Assembly: GCA_965208615.1 (NCBI GenBank)
Contig: CBDBPB010000004.1
Span: 96,001 to 160,000, forward strand
Source of the DNA: Spirochaetota bacterium
GTDB taxonomy: Bacteria; Spirochaetota; UBA6919; CBDBPB01
Direction of reading: 5' to 3'
Length of the DNA: 64,000 nucleotides
The position numbers and the translations under genes were made by a program. Positions 1 to 11,928 of this stretch are shown here, piece by piece. The notes under the pieces were generated by a model, which worked only from the letters and a program-made list of their open reading frames with translations, made no database searches and was not told where the DNA came from. Position 1 is the stretch's first letter, and each line of letters opens with the position of its first letter.

Positions 1-31
1 AGAACCCGCTCAGTATGAGTCATAAAAAAAC

Positions 32-304
32 CTAATCATTAAACTCCTCTACCATCCACTCCTTTATCCACTTCTCAGCAATCAAGCCATTCTTAATAAA
101 CGGATCATCAAGTATAACCTTTGTTGCCTCCTCAAGAGAATCAGATAAAAAACTAATTAACCCACCTGACCTATCAGCAAATGGTCCACCAGCATAGTCC
201 TCTAAACTAAGGGTTACCCAATAACTAATGTGAGACGGAATAACCTCTCTTATCTTTTCTGGATCGTTCTTCATAAAATAAAAATAAATAAATCTTGTCT
301 TCAT
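32..304 (-). CDS. YciI/YCII-related small protein
   Basis: 90 aa with H..Y, GGPFADRSGGL and DDPF motifs typical of the YCII family. Confidence 0.75.
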   Translation of the reverse strand: MKTRFIYFYFMKNDPEKIREVIPSHISYWVTLSLEDYAGGPFADRSGGLISFLSDSLEEATKVILDDPFIKNGLIAEKWIKEWMVEEFND

Positions 305-343
305 AATAAATAGTCCCTTTTGTAATCAATAAAAATATATACC

Positions 344-2914
344 CTACTTAATAACTATATTAACCAACTTATTAGGCACCACTATAACCTTAATAATAGT
401 CTTTTCATTAGTCCACTGCCTAATACGCTCATTATCAAGAGCTATAGCCTTAACCTCGTCCTTGCTAAGGGATACAGATAAATCATCTTTTGCCCTAACC
501 TTACCATTAACCTGAAAAACATAAGTTATAGTATCATCCTTAGTCAACTCATGAGTGTAAGACGGCCAACTACCCTCATACAACGACTTATCATAACCAA
601 TAATCTCATTAATCTCCTCAGCAACATGAGGTACAACAGGTAATAAAAGGTATGATAACTTAGTCATAACCTCCTTTAACACCACATAATCACTCTCAAG
701 CTTAGGACTAAAGGCATATATACCATTAAGCAACTCCATCATAGCCGCTATGCCAGTATTAAAATGATACCTATTAATAAAATCCTCAGTAACCTTTTTA
801 ATAGTCTTATGCAACTTCTTTCGTAAAGCAATGGCACTATCAGACAAAGATAAACTATTTATACCGCTAATACTAGTATTCTTTAGCCTATCCCCATTAT
901 CCAAAGCAATGTTATAAACCCGCTTTATAAACCGAAAGCATCCATCTAAGCCCTGTTCATTCCATTCTAAGTCACGCTCAGGGGGAGCCGCAAATAACAT
1001 AAACAATCTAACAGTATCAGCACCATACTTTTTAATAATATAATCAGGATCAACACCGTTATTCTTCGACTTAGACATCTTATCCAACTTTTTAATTAAA
1101 GGCTCTCCAGAATTAGGACAAATATCTTTATTCGCTAACTCACTAGGATTATAATACCTCTTAAGCCCCCTAGAATAATAGGAATAGGCAATAACCATCC
1201 CCTGAGTAAGCAAATTGTTAAAAGGCTCATCAGTCTTAATATAACCCAAATCCCTAATGGCCTTGTGGAAGAACCTCGCATACAATAAATGCAGTATGGC
1301 ATGCTCTATACCACCAACATATTGATCCACATTCATCCAATAGTTAGCCTCTTCGCTGTTAATAGGGCTATTATCCTCATTAGGCGAGCAAAACCTTAAA
1401 AAATACCAAGACGAACAAACAAAAGTATCCATAGTATCAGTCTCACGAGTAGCTAACCCATTACACTTAGGACAATTAACCCTCTTAAAACTATCACTAG
1501 TCTCCAAAGGATTACCTTTATCCTTAAACTTAACGTCAATAGGCAATTTTACAGGTAACTGATCAACAGGTATAGGCTGTGTACCACAACTATCACAATA
1601 AACTATAGGAATAGGATTACCCCAATAACGTTGCCTCGATATTAACCAATCCTTCAGCCGATAATTAATTTGTCCCTCGCCAATAGCCTTATCCTTAGCG
1701 TAGTCTATTATTTTAGACATGGCACTTTTATTATCTAACCCATCAAACTCACCCGAGTTGATAAGATAACCCTCATCTATATAAGCCTCAGTCATAGTAT
1801 TAGCAGATAAATTATTTTCTTTATTCTGAATAACAACCTTTATCGACAAATCATACTTCTTTGCAAATAAAAAATCCCTCTGATCATGAGCTGGTACTCC
1901 CATAAGTGCACCAGTACCATAACCCAATAATACAAAATTAGCTATGTATAACGGTATTTTATCCCCATTAAAAGGGTTGTCAATATACTTACCAGTAAAT
2001 ATACCCAGCTTATCACTATGCTCAGACGTTCTCTCAATATTACTTTCCTTTTTAACCCTATCTATAAAAGACCTTATACTCGCCTTATTATGACTATTAT
2101 CAATAATATCCTTAACTAAATGATGCTCAGGAGCAATAGCCATAAAAGTTACACCGTATATAGTATCAGGCCTTGTTGTGAATATAGGAAAGTCCTTATT
2201 ATCAAGCTTAAAATTAGCATAAAGACCATAACTCTTGCCTATCCAGTTCTTCTGCATGGCAATAACCCTGTCAGGCCAACTGTTAAGCTTATTATAATCA
2301 GATAATAAACTATCAGCATAGTTAGTTATCCTAAAAAACCATTGGGACATATCCCTCTCTACAACAGCATTACCACAACGCCAACAATTACCATCCTCAA
2401 CCTGCTCATTAGCCAAAACAGTCAAACAATCATCGCACCAATTAACAGGTGCATCCTTTTTATAAACTAATCCCCTCTCATAAAACTTTATAAAAAGATA
2501 TTGCTGCCACCTATAATAACCCTCATCACAAGTTGCAAGCTCCCTATCCCAATCATAAGAAAATCCCAAACTCTTTAACTGCTTTTTCATATAACTTATA
2601 TTATCATAAGTCCACTTAGCTGGATGAACCCCCTTATCTATAGCGGCATTCTCAGCAGGTAAACCAAAAGCATCCCACCCCGTTGGATGGAGTACATTAT
2701 ATCCCTCTAACCTTTTGCTAATAGCTATTGCATCCCCTATGGCTAAGTTCCTAACATGGCCCATGTGTATCTTACCAGATGGGTATAAAAACATCTCAAG
2801 ACAATAAAACTTCTTCTTTTTATTATTAACATTAGCCCTAAAAATAGAACTGTCTTCCCAATACCTCTGCCACTTCTCCTCAATCTTAGTAAAATTATAT
2901 ACTTTATCTTTCAT
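344..2914 (-). CDS. leuS: Leucyl-tRNA synthetase
   Basis: [24 protein letters not shown] editing domain, KMSKS, C-terminal VPNKLVNIV. Confidence 0.98.
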   Translation of the reverse strand: MKDKVYNFTKIEEKWQRYWEDSSIFRANVNNKKKKFYCLEMFLYPSGKIHMGHVRNLAIGDAIAISKRLEGYNVLHPTGWDAFGLPAENAAIDKGVHPAKWTYDNISYMKKQLKSLGFSYDWDRELATCDEGYYRWQQYLFIKFYERGLVYKKDAPVNWCDDCLTVLANEQVEDGNCWRCGNAVVERDMSQWFFRITNYADSLLSDYNKLNSWPDRVIAMQKNWIGKSYGLYANFKLDNKDFPIFTTRPDTIYGVTFMAIAPEHHLVKDIIDNSHNKASIRSFIDRVKKESNIERTSEHSDKLGIFTGKYIDNPFNGDKIPLYIANFVLLGYGTGALMGVPAHDQRDFLFAKKYDLSIKVVIQNKENNLSANTMTEAYIDEGYLINSGEFDGLDNKSAMSKIIDYAKDKAIGEGQINYRLKDWLISRQRYWGNPIPIVYCDSCGTQPIPVDQLPVKLPIDVKFKDKGNPLETSDSFKRVNCPKCNGLATRETDTMDTFVCSSWYFLRFCSPNEDNSPINSEEANYWMNVDQYVGGIEHAILHLLYARFFHKAIRDLGYIKTDEPFNNLLTQGMVIAYSYYSRGLKRYYNPSELANKDICPNSGEPLIKKLDKMSKSKNNGVDPDYIIKKYGADTVRLFMLFAAPPERDLEWNEQGLDGCFRFIKRVYNIALDNGDRLKNTSISGINSLSLSDSAIALRKKLHKTIKKVTEDFINRYHFNTGIAAMMELLNGIYAFSPKLESDYVVLKEVMTKLSYLLLPVVPHVAEEINEIIGYDKSLYEGSWPSYTHELTKDDTITYVFQVNGKVRAKDDLSVSLSKDEVKAIALDNERIRQWTNEKTIIKVIVVPNKLVNIVIK

Positions 2915-3072
2915 TCACTTTACCCTATCAAAATATATAGTAATCCAGTTAAGCTAAAGTAAGCCTCGTAGTCAAGATTAATAATATAATAAACTAAATT
3001 AAAAATGCCTTAACCTATTTAAGTAAACATGGTAAATAGTAAACTATTAAGAATAACCCTTTATACCCTATT

Positions 3073-3147
3073 TGTTAACTATTATTCTAACATTTAAATA
3101 AAGGTGCAAACCACTTTTTATTTGACACCTTAGAACGTTTAATTTCA
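3073..3147. repeat. Mini-element copy R1, direct repeat of 7341-7439 lacking one 24-bp unit
   Basis: 3073-3137 matches 7341-7405 (65 bp, 1 mismatch); begins TGTTAAC; single TAGAAC box at 3131. Confidence 0.9.
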
Positions 3148-3341
3148 TCTCCCATACCTAATATCCTTTTTCTGTAATTATCTATATCGTTAAGCTTAAA
3201 TATTATAGATGGGATGTCAGATTATTAATAGTCCTTGTTTTGGAAAGCTATGATGTCATATACAAACTCACCTTTTGGGTTATTCATAGTTTTGTTGTTA
3301 AAACATTATATACCGAAACACGGGACGCGCAGAGGCAGTCT

Positions 3342-4756
3342 TTATTTAATCGATTTTTCAATAATTTCATCAATCATCATTCTTTCGCTTTCAATTTTCT
3401 TCTTAATTTCTTTTTGCTTGTCTAATTCTGTTTTGATTTCATCAACGATTTTTTGTTGAGTTTTCAAAGAAATATCAATCATTGGAAATTCTTGTATTTG
3501 GCTTGGAAAGATATTTGTATTATTTCCTAATCCTTTTTTGTTTACTTCTACAAGATATTGAAAATACTCTGTTCTGAAATAGTAATATGCAAAAAGAGGA
3601 TTGTAGTTTTGCAGTCTTATTCTCATAGTAAAATCGGCAAAAATACCTTGTAAATCTTCATCAACAATTAAAGCAACTTTTCCAATTGTTCCTTCTCCTG
3701 AACGAGCTATCAAGATGTCATTTTTAGAAACTGTTTTTTTTTGTTTTGATCTGAATATTCCTTAGAAATAAGTTTTGAATTTTCGCTTTCAAATTGCCAG
3801 TTTTTAATGTTCGCCATTGAGATATAATAATAGTCTCCGTTTTCATCATAATCTTTTGGCGATACTCCTTTACCTAAAACGATTGGCTCTGAAATAAAAT
3901 CTTTAATTTTTTTTCTTGTGACCTTTTTAAGCTGTTGGATAACAAAAGTTCCTGCTTCTCTGTGGAATTTAACGCTTTGTCTTATATCTCTATTGTTTCC
4001 AAAAGCAAATAGATCAAGATAATAATTTCTAATTTTCTTCAATTCTTCAAACTTTTCTAAATCAAATCCAAACTCTCTTACAAAAACTTTATTAATAACT
4101 TCTTGCGGTGGGGTGATTTGTGTTTTTAGTCCTTTGATTATCTTTTCAATAGATTCTATTTGAGCAACGATTTGGTCTTGTTTTTGTTTTGGAATTAAAG
4201 GTATTTTTATTTTTAGTAAATCTTCTTTCTTATAAGCAGAAATTCCAATACCCCTATAAATATGATTATTAAGAATGCTCTTTAATTTTTTTGTTCTCAA
4301 AATGTAAAGGGAAAATTTATTATTCCAATCATCATTTACTTTGAAAATATAAAAACCATTTGAAAAGACATATTCAGATAAATCCTCATTTTCAAAAAAC
4401 AATGCTGGAGATTTTGCCAATCTTAAACTTGAAATAAGAATATTATCATTAGAAACTTTATATTTTAATCTTCCCGGGTGGTTTTCTGCGGTTACGGTTT
4501 GAAATTCTCTTATATACCCGTCTTCATCTAAATAAGCTTCCCCTGTTGGTATTCCTTTATATTCTCCGTCATCTTGATAATCAAAAAGAGTATAATCATC
4601 ACTCAAAATATCTTTAAGCGGAATAAGTTTTTTACTTGGAGAATCAAACAAGTTCCAACCTGATGAAAACAAAAAACTATGATATTTTTCATCATTTCTT
4701 AAATAAACATCTTTTGCTAGTTCCATAAAATCAATTGTAAAATGTTTCAATCCCAT
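3342..4756 (-). pseudogene. Restriction-modification specificity (S) subunit, frameshifted into ORFs 3710-4756 and 3342-3713
   Basis: Two TRD-like halves with IPLIPKQKQDQIV and FPMIDISLKTQQKIV helices; one extra A in the A9 run (3734-3742) joins ..DQNKKK to TVSKNDILIARSGEGTIGK. Confidence 0.8.
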
Positions 4757-7125
4757 TTTATGTCTCTCATATAATCTAAAGCAGTTTCAAAGATTTTATC
4801 CTCATCTGAAAGTAAGAGTTCATTATCCTTATTTACACGATAAAGTTCATTAGGCATTTGTTTTTCACCTCTTTTAGTTCTCTTATAACCTACATTTTCC
4901 ACTTCTGCCATAAAGATTTTATAACTAAGTTCTTTGGCAACTTCGCCAAAAACCCACCAAGTATTTACAAAACCAAAAACATCTTTGGTGTCTTTATCAT
5001 ATTTGCAAAGGTCTTTTAGTTCGTCTTGATACTTTATAATCAATTTGTTTACAGATAGATTGTTATCATCTTTTTCAATATAATTTTTCAACATCCTTGC
5101 TAATATATCTTTTTTTTCCTGCTCTGATAAATCTTTAATTGATGGTAATTTTTTTTTATCTTTATCTTCTAAATAAACTTTCATCAAATTTTCACATTTG
5201 GTTTTAAGACTACTCCATTCACTTGAATACTTGTCCCAAAGTTTATTCCATTCATCAATTTCTTCTTTAGTTTTCTTTTGAGCAAAAAGTAAACTAGTTT
5301 TAGTATTGGTAAAAGGAGCAAAAGTAAGTTGTGGTAAACTCACAACGGCTTTAACTTTAAAATATTTGTAAATAAAAAGTCTGATATATTTATTTTCTGT
5401 CGTATCAAAAACACTTTCTGGTAAAACTACACCCATTCTACCATTTTCTCTCAATAACTGATACCATCTTTCTATAAATAAGTTTTCAGAGTTCTTTTTC
5501 CCACCAAAAACGAACTCTTTATTTACATTCTTTTTAGTTTCATTGTCTAAATCCACACTAAAAGGCGGGTTTGATATGATTATATCAAATTGTCCATTCA
5601 CCTCTTTATCAAAATACAAACTATCTTTTTCGTTTGATTTCAAATAATTTGGTGCTGTTGCTTTGTCATAAAAATTAAATGGTAATAATCCATCTTTGAC
5701 AAAAATCTTGGTTGAGCCGTCTCCGTGCAAAATCATATTGACTTTAGAAGCTGTACCAAGATTAAAATTAATTTCTACACCGTAAATATAGTATTTTGCC
5801 CATTTGTTTTCCCTGTGGTCCGGCGTAAACCATTGATAAAATTTATCTTCTACATCTCTTGTTTCATTTAGTTTATCATTGAATCTTCTTTTCAGGTTTT
5901 CAGTGATAAACTTCATATACTCAATAAGAAAAGTTCCACTACCAGCACTTGGATCAATCAAATATGGAATCTCCAAATCTTTGTTTACTCTTTCAACTGC
6001 CAATTTATCAAGCTGTAACCCCCAAAGCAGAAATTTAACAACATTGATATGAGTAAAAAATTGACCTTTGGTTTGCTTAAATCCTTCCCTGATAATCCCT
6101 TCAAAGAAGTCTCCTAAAATATCTTTTCCGTTAAAACTATTTTTACCATCCACAAAACTAAATCTTTCAAGTTCTGAAACAGTATATTTTAGCTTGTTAA
6201 GTGAAAACTTGTTTTCATCAATAACAAAAGATTTTTGAAGTTTTCCCTCATCAAAAATATTTAATCTTTCTTTTAAAGCCCTTCGATACAGTTCATTGAT
6301 ACGTTCAAATAACTGTTCATTACTCTCAAAATTATCACCATCTCTATATGAAAATATTTGAAAATCATATTTTTCACCTAACTTTTTTTCACTCTCATCT
6401 TGTATTTTAGCTAAAATAATATTTACCAAAGACGAAAATACATCATTATCATCAGTACCTCCACCACCCCACAAAACATTATGAAGATTTTTTCTAAGTC
6501 CGTCTAATTGTTCATGTGTAAAACTTGTTTCTAAATCCTTCTTGCCATCTTTGATATAAGATTCTTTTTGCGCCTTACCATAATTTTTAGGTAAAGCATC
6601 AACAAAATCTCTTATTTTACTCCAACTATCAAAAGAAGTAAATTTTTCATAATCTATAACTAAACATTTATCTTTTATTTTATTTTCAATAATTTCAAAA
6701 GTATAAAGGACTAAATATCTAACATTTACTCCTTGACCTTTTTCCTGAGATGCCATGTTAAAAAGCTGTTTTTCAATTACTTCGTCTTTGTCCTTTTCAT
6801 AATCTTTCGGACTTTTTAGCTCAATATAAAGGAAAGCATCATCTTTATCATCCCTGACAATAATATCAATTCTTGGCTTGTTTACTTTTGGTCTTCCAAT
6901 ATCGTATTGCTTTTCAAGTTCAATTTTTTCAGGCTTATAGCCTAATTCGTTTACAAGCCTAGCAAGAATAAAAGCTCTGACGATTTCTTCATCGCCTCTA
7001 AATTTATAAATCTTCCCGCCTTTTATCTTCTCAGAATACTCTACTATTCCCTAATCAAAATCATATTCTTTAACAGCTTTGACTTTTTGATTATCTAAAT
7101 AATTCTTTATAACATTACAATCCAC
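4747..7125 (-). pseudogene. Type IIG-like fused endonuclease/N6-adenine methyltransferase with in-frame TAG at codon 25; downstream 669-aa ORF (4747-6756) keeps the MTase domain
   Basis: GQFFT, DPSAGSGTFL and NPPF motifs. The frame continues upstream through RIDIIV..FLYIELK (PD-(D/E)xK) to a GTG at 7125 with an AGAGGA RBS, broken only by TAG at 7051-7053. Confidence 0.85.
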
Positions 7126-7340
7126 AATTATCCTCTTTCACTTAATATTTCTTTTCTTCGCCAGCCATGGACGACTACGTCTTAGGACAGGATCATTTTA
7201 TCAAGAATCAACTATTTTAAAACTATAATACTATATGAGCAAGTTTAAGATTTTGCGTATTTCCGTTAAGATCAGTGAGTTCTGTTCTATCCTTTTCATT
7301 TAATACCACCATGAGTGCATTAGGACAAACCTCTATGAGG

Positions 7341-7439
7341 TGTTAACTATTATTCTAACCTTTAAATAAAGGTGCAAACCACTTTTTATTTGACACCTTA
7401 GAACGCTTTTTAATTAAATCATTAGAACGTTTAATTACA
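7341..7439. repeat. Mini-element copy R2 (99 bp, TGT...ACA)
   Basis: Starts TGTTAACTATTATTCTA and ends TAGAACGTTTAATTACA; TAGAAC boxes at 7399 and 7423. Confidence 0.85.
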
Positions 7440-7466
7440 TATATACAAACTATTTTAGCTAATATC

Positions 7467-8354
7467 CTATTCTAAAGCCCTCTCAGGAAGCTGATTATTA
7501 CTCTTAACCCCCATCTTCTTAAGCTCCTCTACCTGCCAGGCTAAATTACCCTTACCAGACATTAACCTTTTTATAGAATCATCATAAATATACCTAGACT
7601 TATCCAAACTCTTACCCAGCCTTTCTAACTCATGATAAAACCCAACAAACTTATCATAAAGCAATCCACCACGCCTTGCAATATCTATAGCATTCCTATT
7701 TTGTTTTTCAGTCATCCATATATTTGCAATTGTCCTCAAAGAAAAAAGCAAAGTAGACGGAGATACCAAATGAATCCCCTTATTAAGTGCGTAACCTAAT
7801 AAACTTTTCTTATTCTGGAACGCCAGTATAAGAGCAGGCTCAATAGGAATAAACATCATTACAAAATCAGGGGTGTTAATATCATGAATGTCTTGATAAC
7901 GCTTACTAGATAAATTATCAATGTGTCTTATTGACGATTTAATATGCTCCTTAAGATAATCAACCCGCTTATGATCTTCACAATTAAAATGCCCCTCATA
8001 AGCCACCAGTGATACCTTAGAATCTATAATTAACTTTTTGTTTTCAGGTAAGTTGATTATTACATCAGGCTGTAATCTATTGCCCTCATCATCCCTAAAA
8101 ACCCCCTGAACACTATACTCAGTACCCCTAGATAAACCAGATAACTCTAAAATCTTCTCCAAGATAAGCTCACCCCAATTACCCATAGTCTTAGACTCAC
8201 CCTTAAGTGCATTTGTAAGCTTAATAGCATCCTCAGACATTCGCTTGTTGAACTCGGTTAACTGCCTTATCTGCTCCCCTAACCTAACCCTCCCTTCAAT
8301 ATCTTCCTTCTGAGAGGCCTCAACCTTGTTTTTAAAATCTAGTATATTAATCAT
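7467..8354 (-). CDS. rmuC: DNA recombination protein RmuC, C-terminal part
   Basis: GNWGELILE, QPDVIINLP..IIDSKVSL, DFVMMFIPIE and VSPSTL motifs. Confidence 0.9.
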   Translation of the reverse strand: MINILDFKNKVEASQKEDIEGRVRLGEQIRQLTEFNKRMSEDAIKLTNALKGESKTMGNWGELILEKILELSGLSRGTEYSVQGVFRDDEGNRLQPDVIINLPENKKLIIDSKVSLVAYEGHFNCEDHKRVDYLKEHIKSSIRHIDNLSSKRYQDIHDINTPDFVMMFIPIEPALILAFQNKKSLLGYALNKGIHLVSPSTLLFSLRTIANIWMTEKQNRNAIDIARRGGLLYDKFVGFYHELERLGKSLDKSRYIYDDSIKRLMSGKGNLAWQVEELKKMGVKSNNQLPERALE

Positions 8355-8577
8355 TCTTAAGCCTGGCAGTGGTATAGTTAAGAGCCTTTAATGAAATGTT
8401 CTCAAACTCCTTAGTAAGCTGTTCTTTTATATTAAGAAAACTCTTTTCTTTAGAATCAGCATTTTCTTTTAACTCCCTTATAGTCAGCCTATACCTAAAA
8501 TATTGAAAAAGTAAACCTAACACAAATCCAACTATTAAACCCAATAAAATAAATAGTGTAATAGAATAAATCGTCAT
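8347..8577 (-). CDS. Probable N-terminal membrane anchor and coil of RmuC, split from the downstream ORF
   Basis: GGAGG RBS before ATG 8577; TM helix then KEQLTKEFENIS, resembling the RmuC coiled coil; overlaps the next ORF by 8 nt. Confidence 0.65.
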   Translation of the reverse strand: MTIYSITLFILLGLIVGFVLGLLFQYFRYRLTIRELKENADSKEKSFLNIKEQLTKEFENISLKALNYTTARLKND

Positions 8578-8683
8578 TAGATAACCTCCCAATAAATTTA
8601 ATAAACCATAATAATTATACCCAAACATAACCTATAAAATTATAGGCATAATGTCAATAAAAAATTATATTAACCATACACTA

Positions 8684-11600
8684 TTAATACCCTAATTTAG
8701 CACTACAACCCGGACCACTAATTGTACTAGTTGCCCCGCTAGGGTTAACAGTAATTTGAGTGCTTATCCACTCCTTCAAGGCGGATACATGGGATATAAT
8801 ACCAATAAGCTTTCCATCCTGTTGCAAGTTAGATAAAGCCTCTAAAACCGTGTTTAATGATTCCTCATCCAAAGTACCAAAGCCCTCGTCAAGGAATAGT
8901 GAATCAACACGTACTTTATGGCTAGCCATATCCGAAAGACCTAATGCCAAGGATAAACTCATAATAAAACTCTCACCGCCAGATAAGTTCTTTATAGACC
9001 TAACCTCTCCAGCTTGGTAGTTGTCAATAATACTTAACTCAAGAGGCTTATTATTATCGCTAACAAGTAAATAGCGATCAGTCATTTTCTTAAGCTGTCT
9101 ATTAGCATAATTTATCATAAAGTCAAAAGTTAGCCCCTGAGCAAAGTCTCTATACTTTTTACCATCAGCCGAGCCTATCAAAGAATGAAGTAAAGCCCAA
9201 TTATTAAACTCCTTTTGCTGGCTTTCAACTAAAAGCTCTTTAGCCTTGCCAAGCTCCTTAGCAGAGTCATTATCCGATAGCCTTTGCTTTATAGCTCCAA
9301 TCTCCTTATGAAGGTCTTCTAAAGAGTTATTAGTATCATCCAAGTCCTTTTTTAGACTATCTAAGGACTCTTTAGTAAGGCTTTTACTTAACTCATTAGC
9401 CAAACGCTTTTCTCTATCACTTTTACGCGACTGAATATCAGCTTTCTTTTTTTCAAGGTCATCAGCTTTTTTAGCTAATCTATCCCTATCCTTATCACCC
9501 AGCCTGGCTAAGGTAAAACTATCCTCATTATCAAAACCAGCCTGCCTATAACCCTCAATAAATAATGACTCAAGCCCATCAAGCTTAAGCCTATTATCCT
9601 TAACATCATTATCAAGAGCAGATATACGAGCATTAAGATCATTTAACTTATCCCTTATAGCATCCATATTCTGCCTATACTTAGCCTCACACTCTTCTGC
9701 ACCCTTAACCATACTCTCAAAACGCCTCTCTTCATCATCCGTACTCTTTGAACCGTATATCTTATTACGGCTAGTATTAAGCCCCTCATACTCACCTTTT
9801 AAGCTGTTAATGTTATCCTCTTTTGCCTTAAGTGAATCACTAAGAGTCTTAATAATACCATCAAGCTCCTTTAGGTTAAGAGCTATCTCACCCTTCTTAT
9901 CCTCAATCTCCGCTTTCTTATTTTTGTATTCCATCCACTTCTTAAGTCTATTTTCTAACTCTAAAATAATAGTGTCAAGATTAGATAGATCACTAATCCC
10001 AAATGGACTAAGCTCTGATAGTAAATCAACCTTTAGATTATTAACCCTATCTGATATACTATTATTCTCATCCTCCAAACGCTTTAAGTTAGACTGAGAC
10101 TCCTTTAACTTATGCTCTATATTCTTATAGACCTCTTTAGCCTCAACTAACTTATTATTAAGCTGGTCTTTTTCATCCTTTATAGCTTTAATATCATCTT
10201 CCAGCCGTTCAGCCTTACTAATTAAGGCAGATAGCTTATTAAGTTCTATCTCGCTATCATCCGCCTTTGGAATATTATCCCTTGCAAAAGGATGATCCAA
10301 TGAACCACATAATGGGCATGCCTTGCCATCCTCTAACCGCTTACGCTTATTCTCAAGACTCTCTATCACCTTTTGATAAGACAGCTTTTTTGAAAGCCTA
10401 TCACGCTCATCTCGATAATCCTTTAAAATATGATCCTTCAAATGCCTTTTTAACAACCCCTCATTTACTGTCAACTGCTTTTCTATACTCTTATAATCAC
10501 TCTCAAAACCACTAAGGTGCTTATACTGCCTTTCATACTCAGCTGAATATAGGTCTTTTTGCTTTTTACAGTCCTTAATTTGACTTTCCTTTGACGACAG
10601 CTCACCATAGAACTGTTTTAAACCATTAATTTGCCCTTTTATACCCGCAAATCCAGTAAGTAAACCCTCATCACAGCCATTAGATAAAATATAATCCTTA
10701 ACCTCTTTTAAATCTTGTAAAAAACCTTCCTCAGCTTTTAATAGCTCAGACCTCGTAATATCATTATCATTAAGCTGACCCTTAACCCCCTCGTAGTCAT
10801 TAGTGGCAGAGCTTATCTCTTTGTTTTTAGAAAGTATTTGTGAATCTAATATCCGTACCTCATTTATTAGTTTAAGCTCATCAGCCTGCTCATCCTTACG
10901 TCTTATGGTATTAGTCACACTAGTTTCATAAGCTTTTTTGGCCTTGTCTAAGTCCACTTGTAAGAGAGGTAGCTGTTTATTATATTGACTTAATAACTCT
11001 TGGACATCCTTGTACTCCTGTCGCTTTGAAAATAAAACCTTATAATCACCCTCAAGATCATTAGCCCTAATAGCCCTATCAAGCCTATCCCTATCAGGCT
11101 TAAATAACTCAAGCTCCTTTTGTAAATCCTCATACTCTATATCCAAATTAGAAAGATCATCTTTTATACTATCAATCTCATTAAGCCATGCAATTGCCTT
11201 GCCTAACTTATTAGCCTTATTCTTAAGACCCTCCTCTAAGCCGTTCTTATCCTTAAGCTCAGCTTTTAATAAGGTCTCTTCCATCTCCTTAAGGTAAGTG
11301 ACCCCTCCTAGCTCTGCTTTTAACTCATCAAGCTTTAGCTGTTCTGCTCTATAACGCTCATGAACATGCTTTGAAATATCACTATAAACCTCTGTACCAG
11401 TAATCCGCTCAAGGATTGGTGATCTATCACTTGGCTGTGCCTGAAGAAAAGTAGAGAAACCTCCTTGAGCTAAAAAAATAGAACGAGTAAACCTATCAAA
11501 ATCCATACCCGTCTTACTCTCAATAAGATTAGCTACATCCCTCTTTTTTGACCCAAGTATCTGACCAGTATTTGCATTAGATAACTCATGCTTTGACTCA

Positions 11601-11923
11601 CTTAGCTTAGCATCAGCCTTTTTACCCGTTCTACGCTGAGACCAATGACATCTAAACTTATTAGTCGCCACTTCAAAAGTAACCTCTGCAAAACACTCTC
11701 TAGTAAGACGGGACATAATCTCATTTGTACTTTTACTAATTGACTTAAGTCGTGGAGTCCTGCCGTAAAGAGCTAAACAAATCGCATCAAGAATAGTCGA
11801 CTTTCCCGCACCAGTAGGACCAATAATAGCAAATATACCATTATACTCAGGCCTAGTAAAGTCTATAACAAAATCACCAACTAATGAATTAAGATTCCTA
11901 AACCTAAGGTTAAGTACCTTCAT
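8684..11923 (-). CDS. sbcC: SbcC (Rad50-like) ATPase
   Basis: GPTGAGKS Walker A, CPLCGS zinc hook, LSGGE signature, FLDEGFGTLD. Confidence 0.96.
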   Translation of the reverse strand: MKVLNLRFRNLNSLVGDFVIDFTRPEYNGIFAIIGPTGAGKSTILDAICLALYGRTPRLKSISKSTNEIMSRLTRECFAEVTFEVATNKFRCHWSQRRTGKKADAKLSESKHELSNANTGQILGSKKRDVANLIESKTGMDFDRFTRSIFLAQGGFSTFLQAQPSDRSPILERITGTEVYSDISKHVHERYRAEQLKLDELKAELGGVTYLKEMEETLLKAELKDKNGLEEGLKNKANKLGKAIAWLNEIDSIKDDLSNLDIEYEDLQKELELFKPDRDRLDRAIRANDLEGDYKVLFSKRQEYKDVQELLSQYNKQLPLLQVDLDKAKKAYETSVTNTIRRKDEQADELKLINEVRILDSQILSKNKEISSATNDYEGVKGQLNDNDITRSELLKAEEGFLQDLKEVKDYILSNGCDEGLLTGFAGIKGQINGLKQFYGELSSKESQIKDCKKQKDLYSAEYERQYKHLSGFESDYKSIEKQLTVNEGLLKRHLKDHILKDYRDERDRLSKKLSYQKVIESLENKRKRLEDGKACPLCGSLDHPFARDNIPKADDSEIELNKLSALISKAERLEDDIKAIKDEKDQLNNKLVEAKEVYKNIEHKLKESQSNLKRLEDENNSISDRVNNLKVDLLSELSPFGISDLSNLDTIILELENRLKKWMEYKNKKAEIEDKKGEIALNLKELDGIIKTLSDSLKAKEDNINSLKGEYEGLNTSRNKIYGSKSTDDEERRFESMVKGAEECEAKYRQNMDAIRDKLNDLNARISALDNDVKDNRLKLDGLESLFIEGYRQAGFDNEDSFTLARLGDKDRDRLAKKADDLEKKKADIQSRKSDREKRLANELSKSLTKESLDSLKKDLDDTNNSLEDLHKEIGAIKQRLSDNDSAKELGKAKELLVESQQKEFNNWALLHSLIGSADGKKYRDFAQGLTFDFMINYANRQLKKMTDRYLLVSDNNKPLELSIIDNYQAGEVRSIKNLSGGESFIMSLSLALGLSDMASHKVRVDSLFLDEGFGTLDEESLNTVLEALSNLQQDGKLIGIISHVSALKEWISTQITVNPSGATSTISGPGCSAKLGY

Positions 11924-11928
11924 AAATA

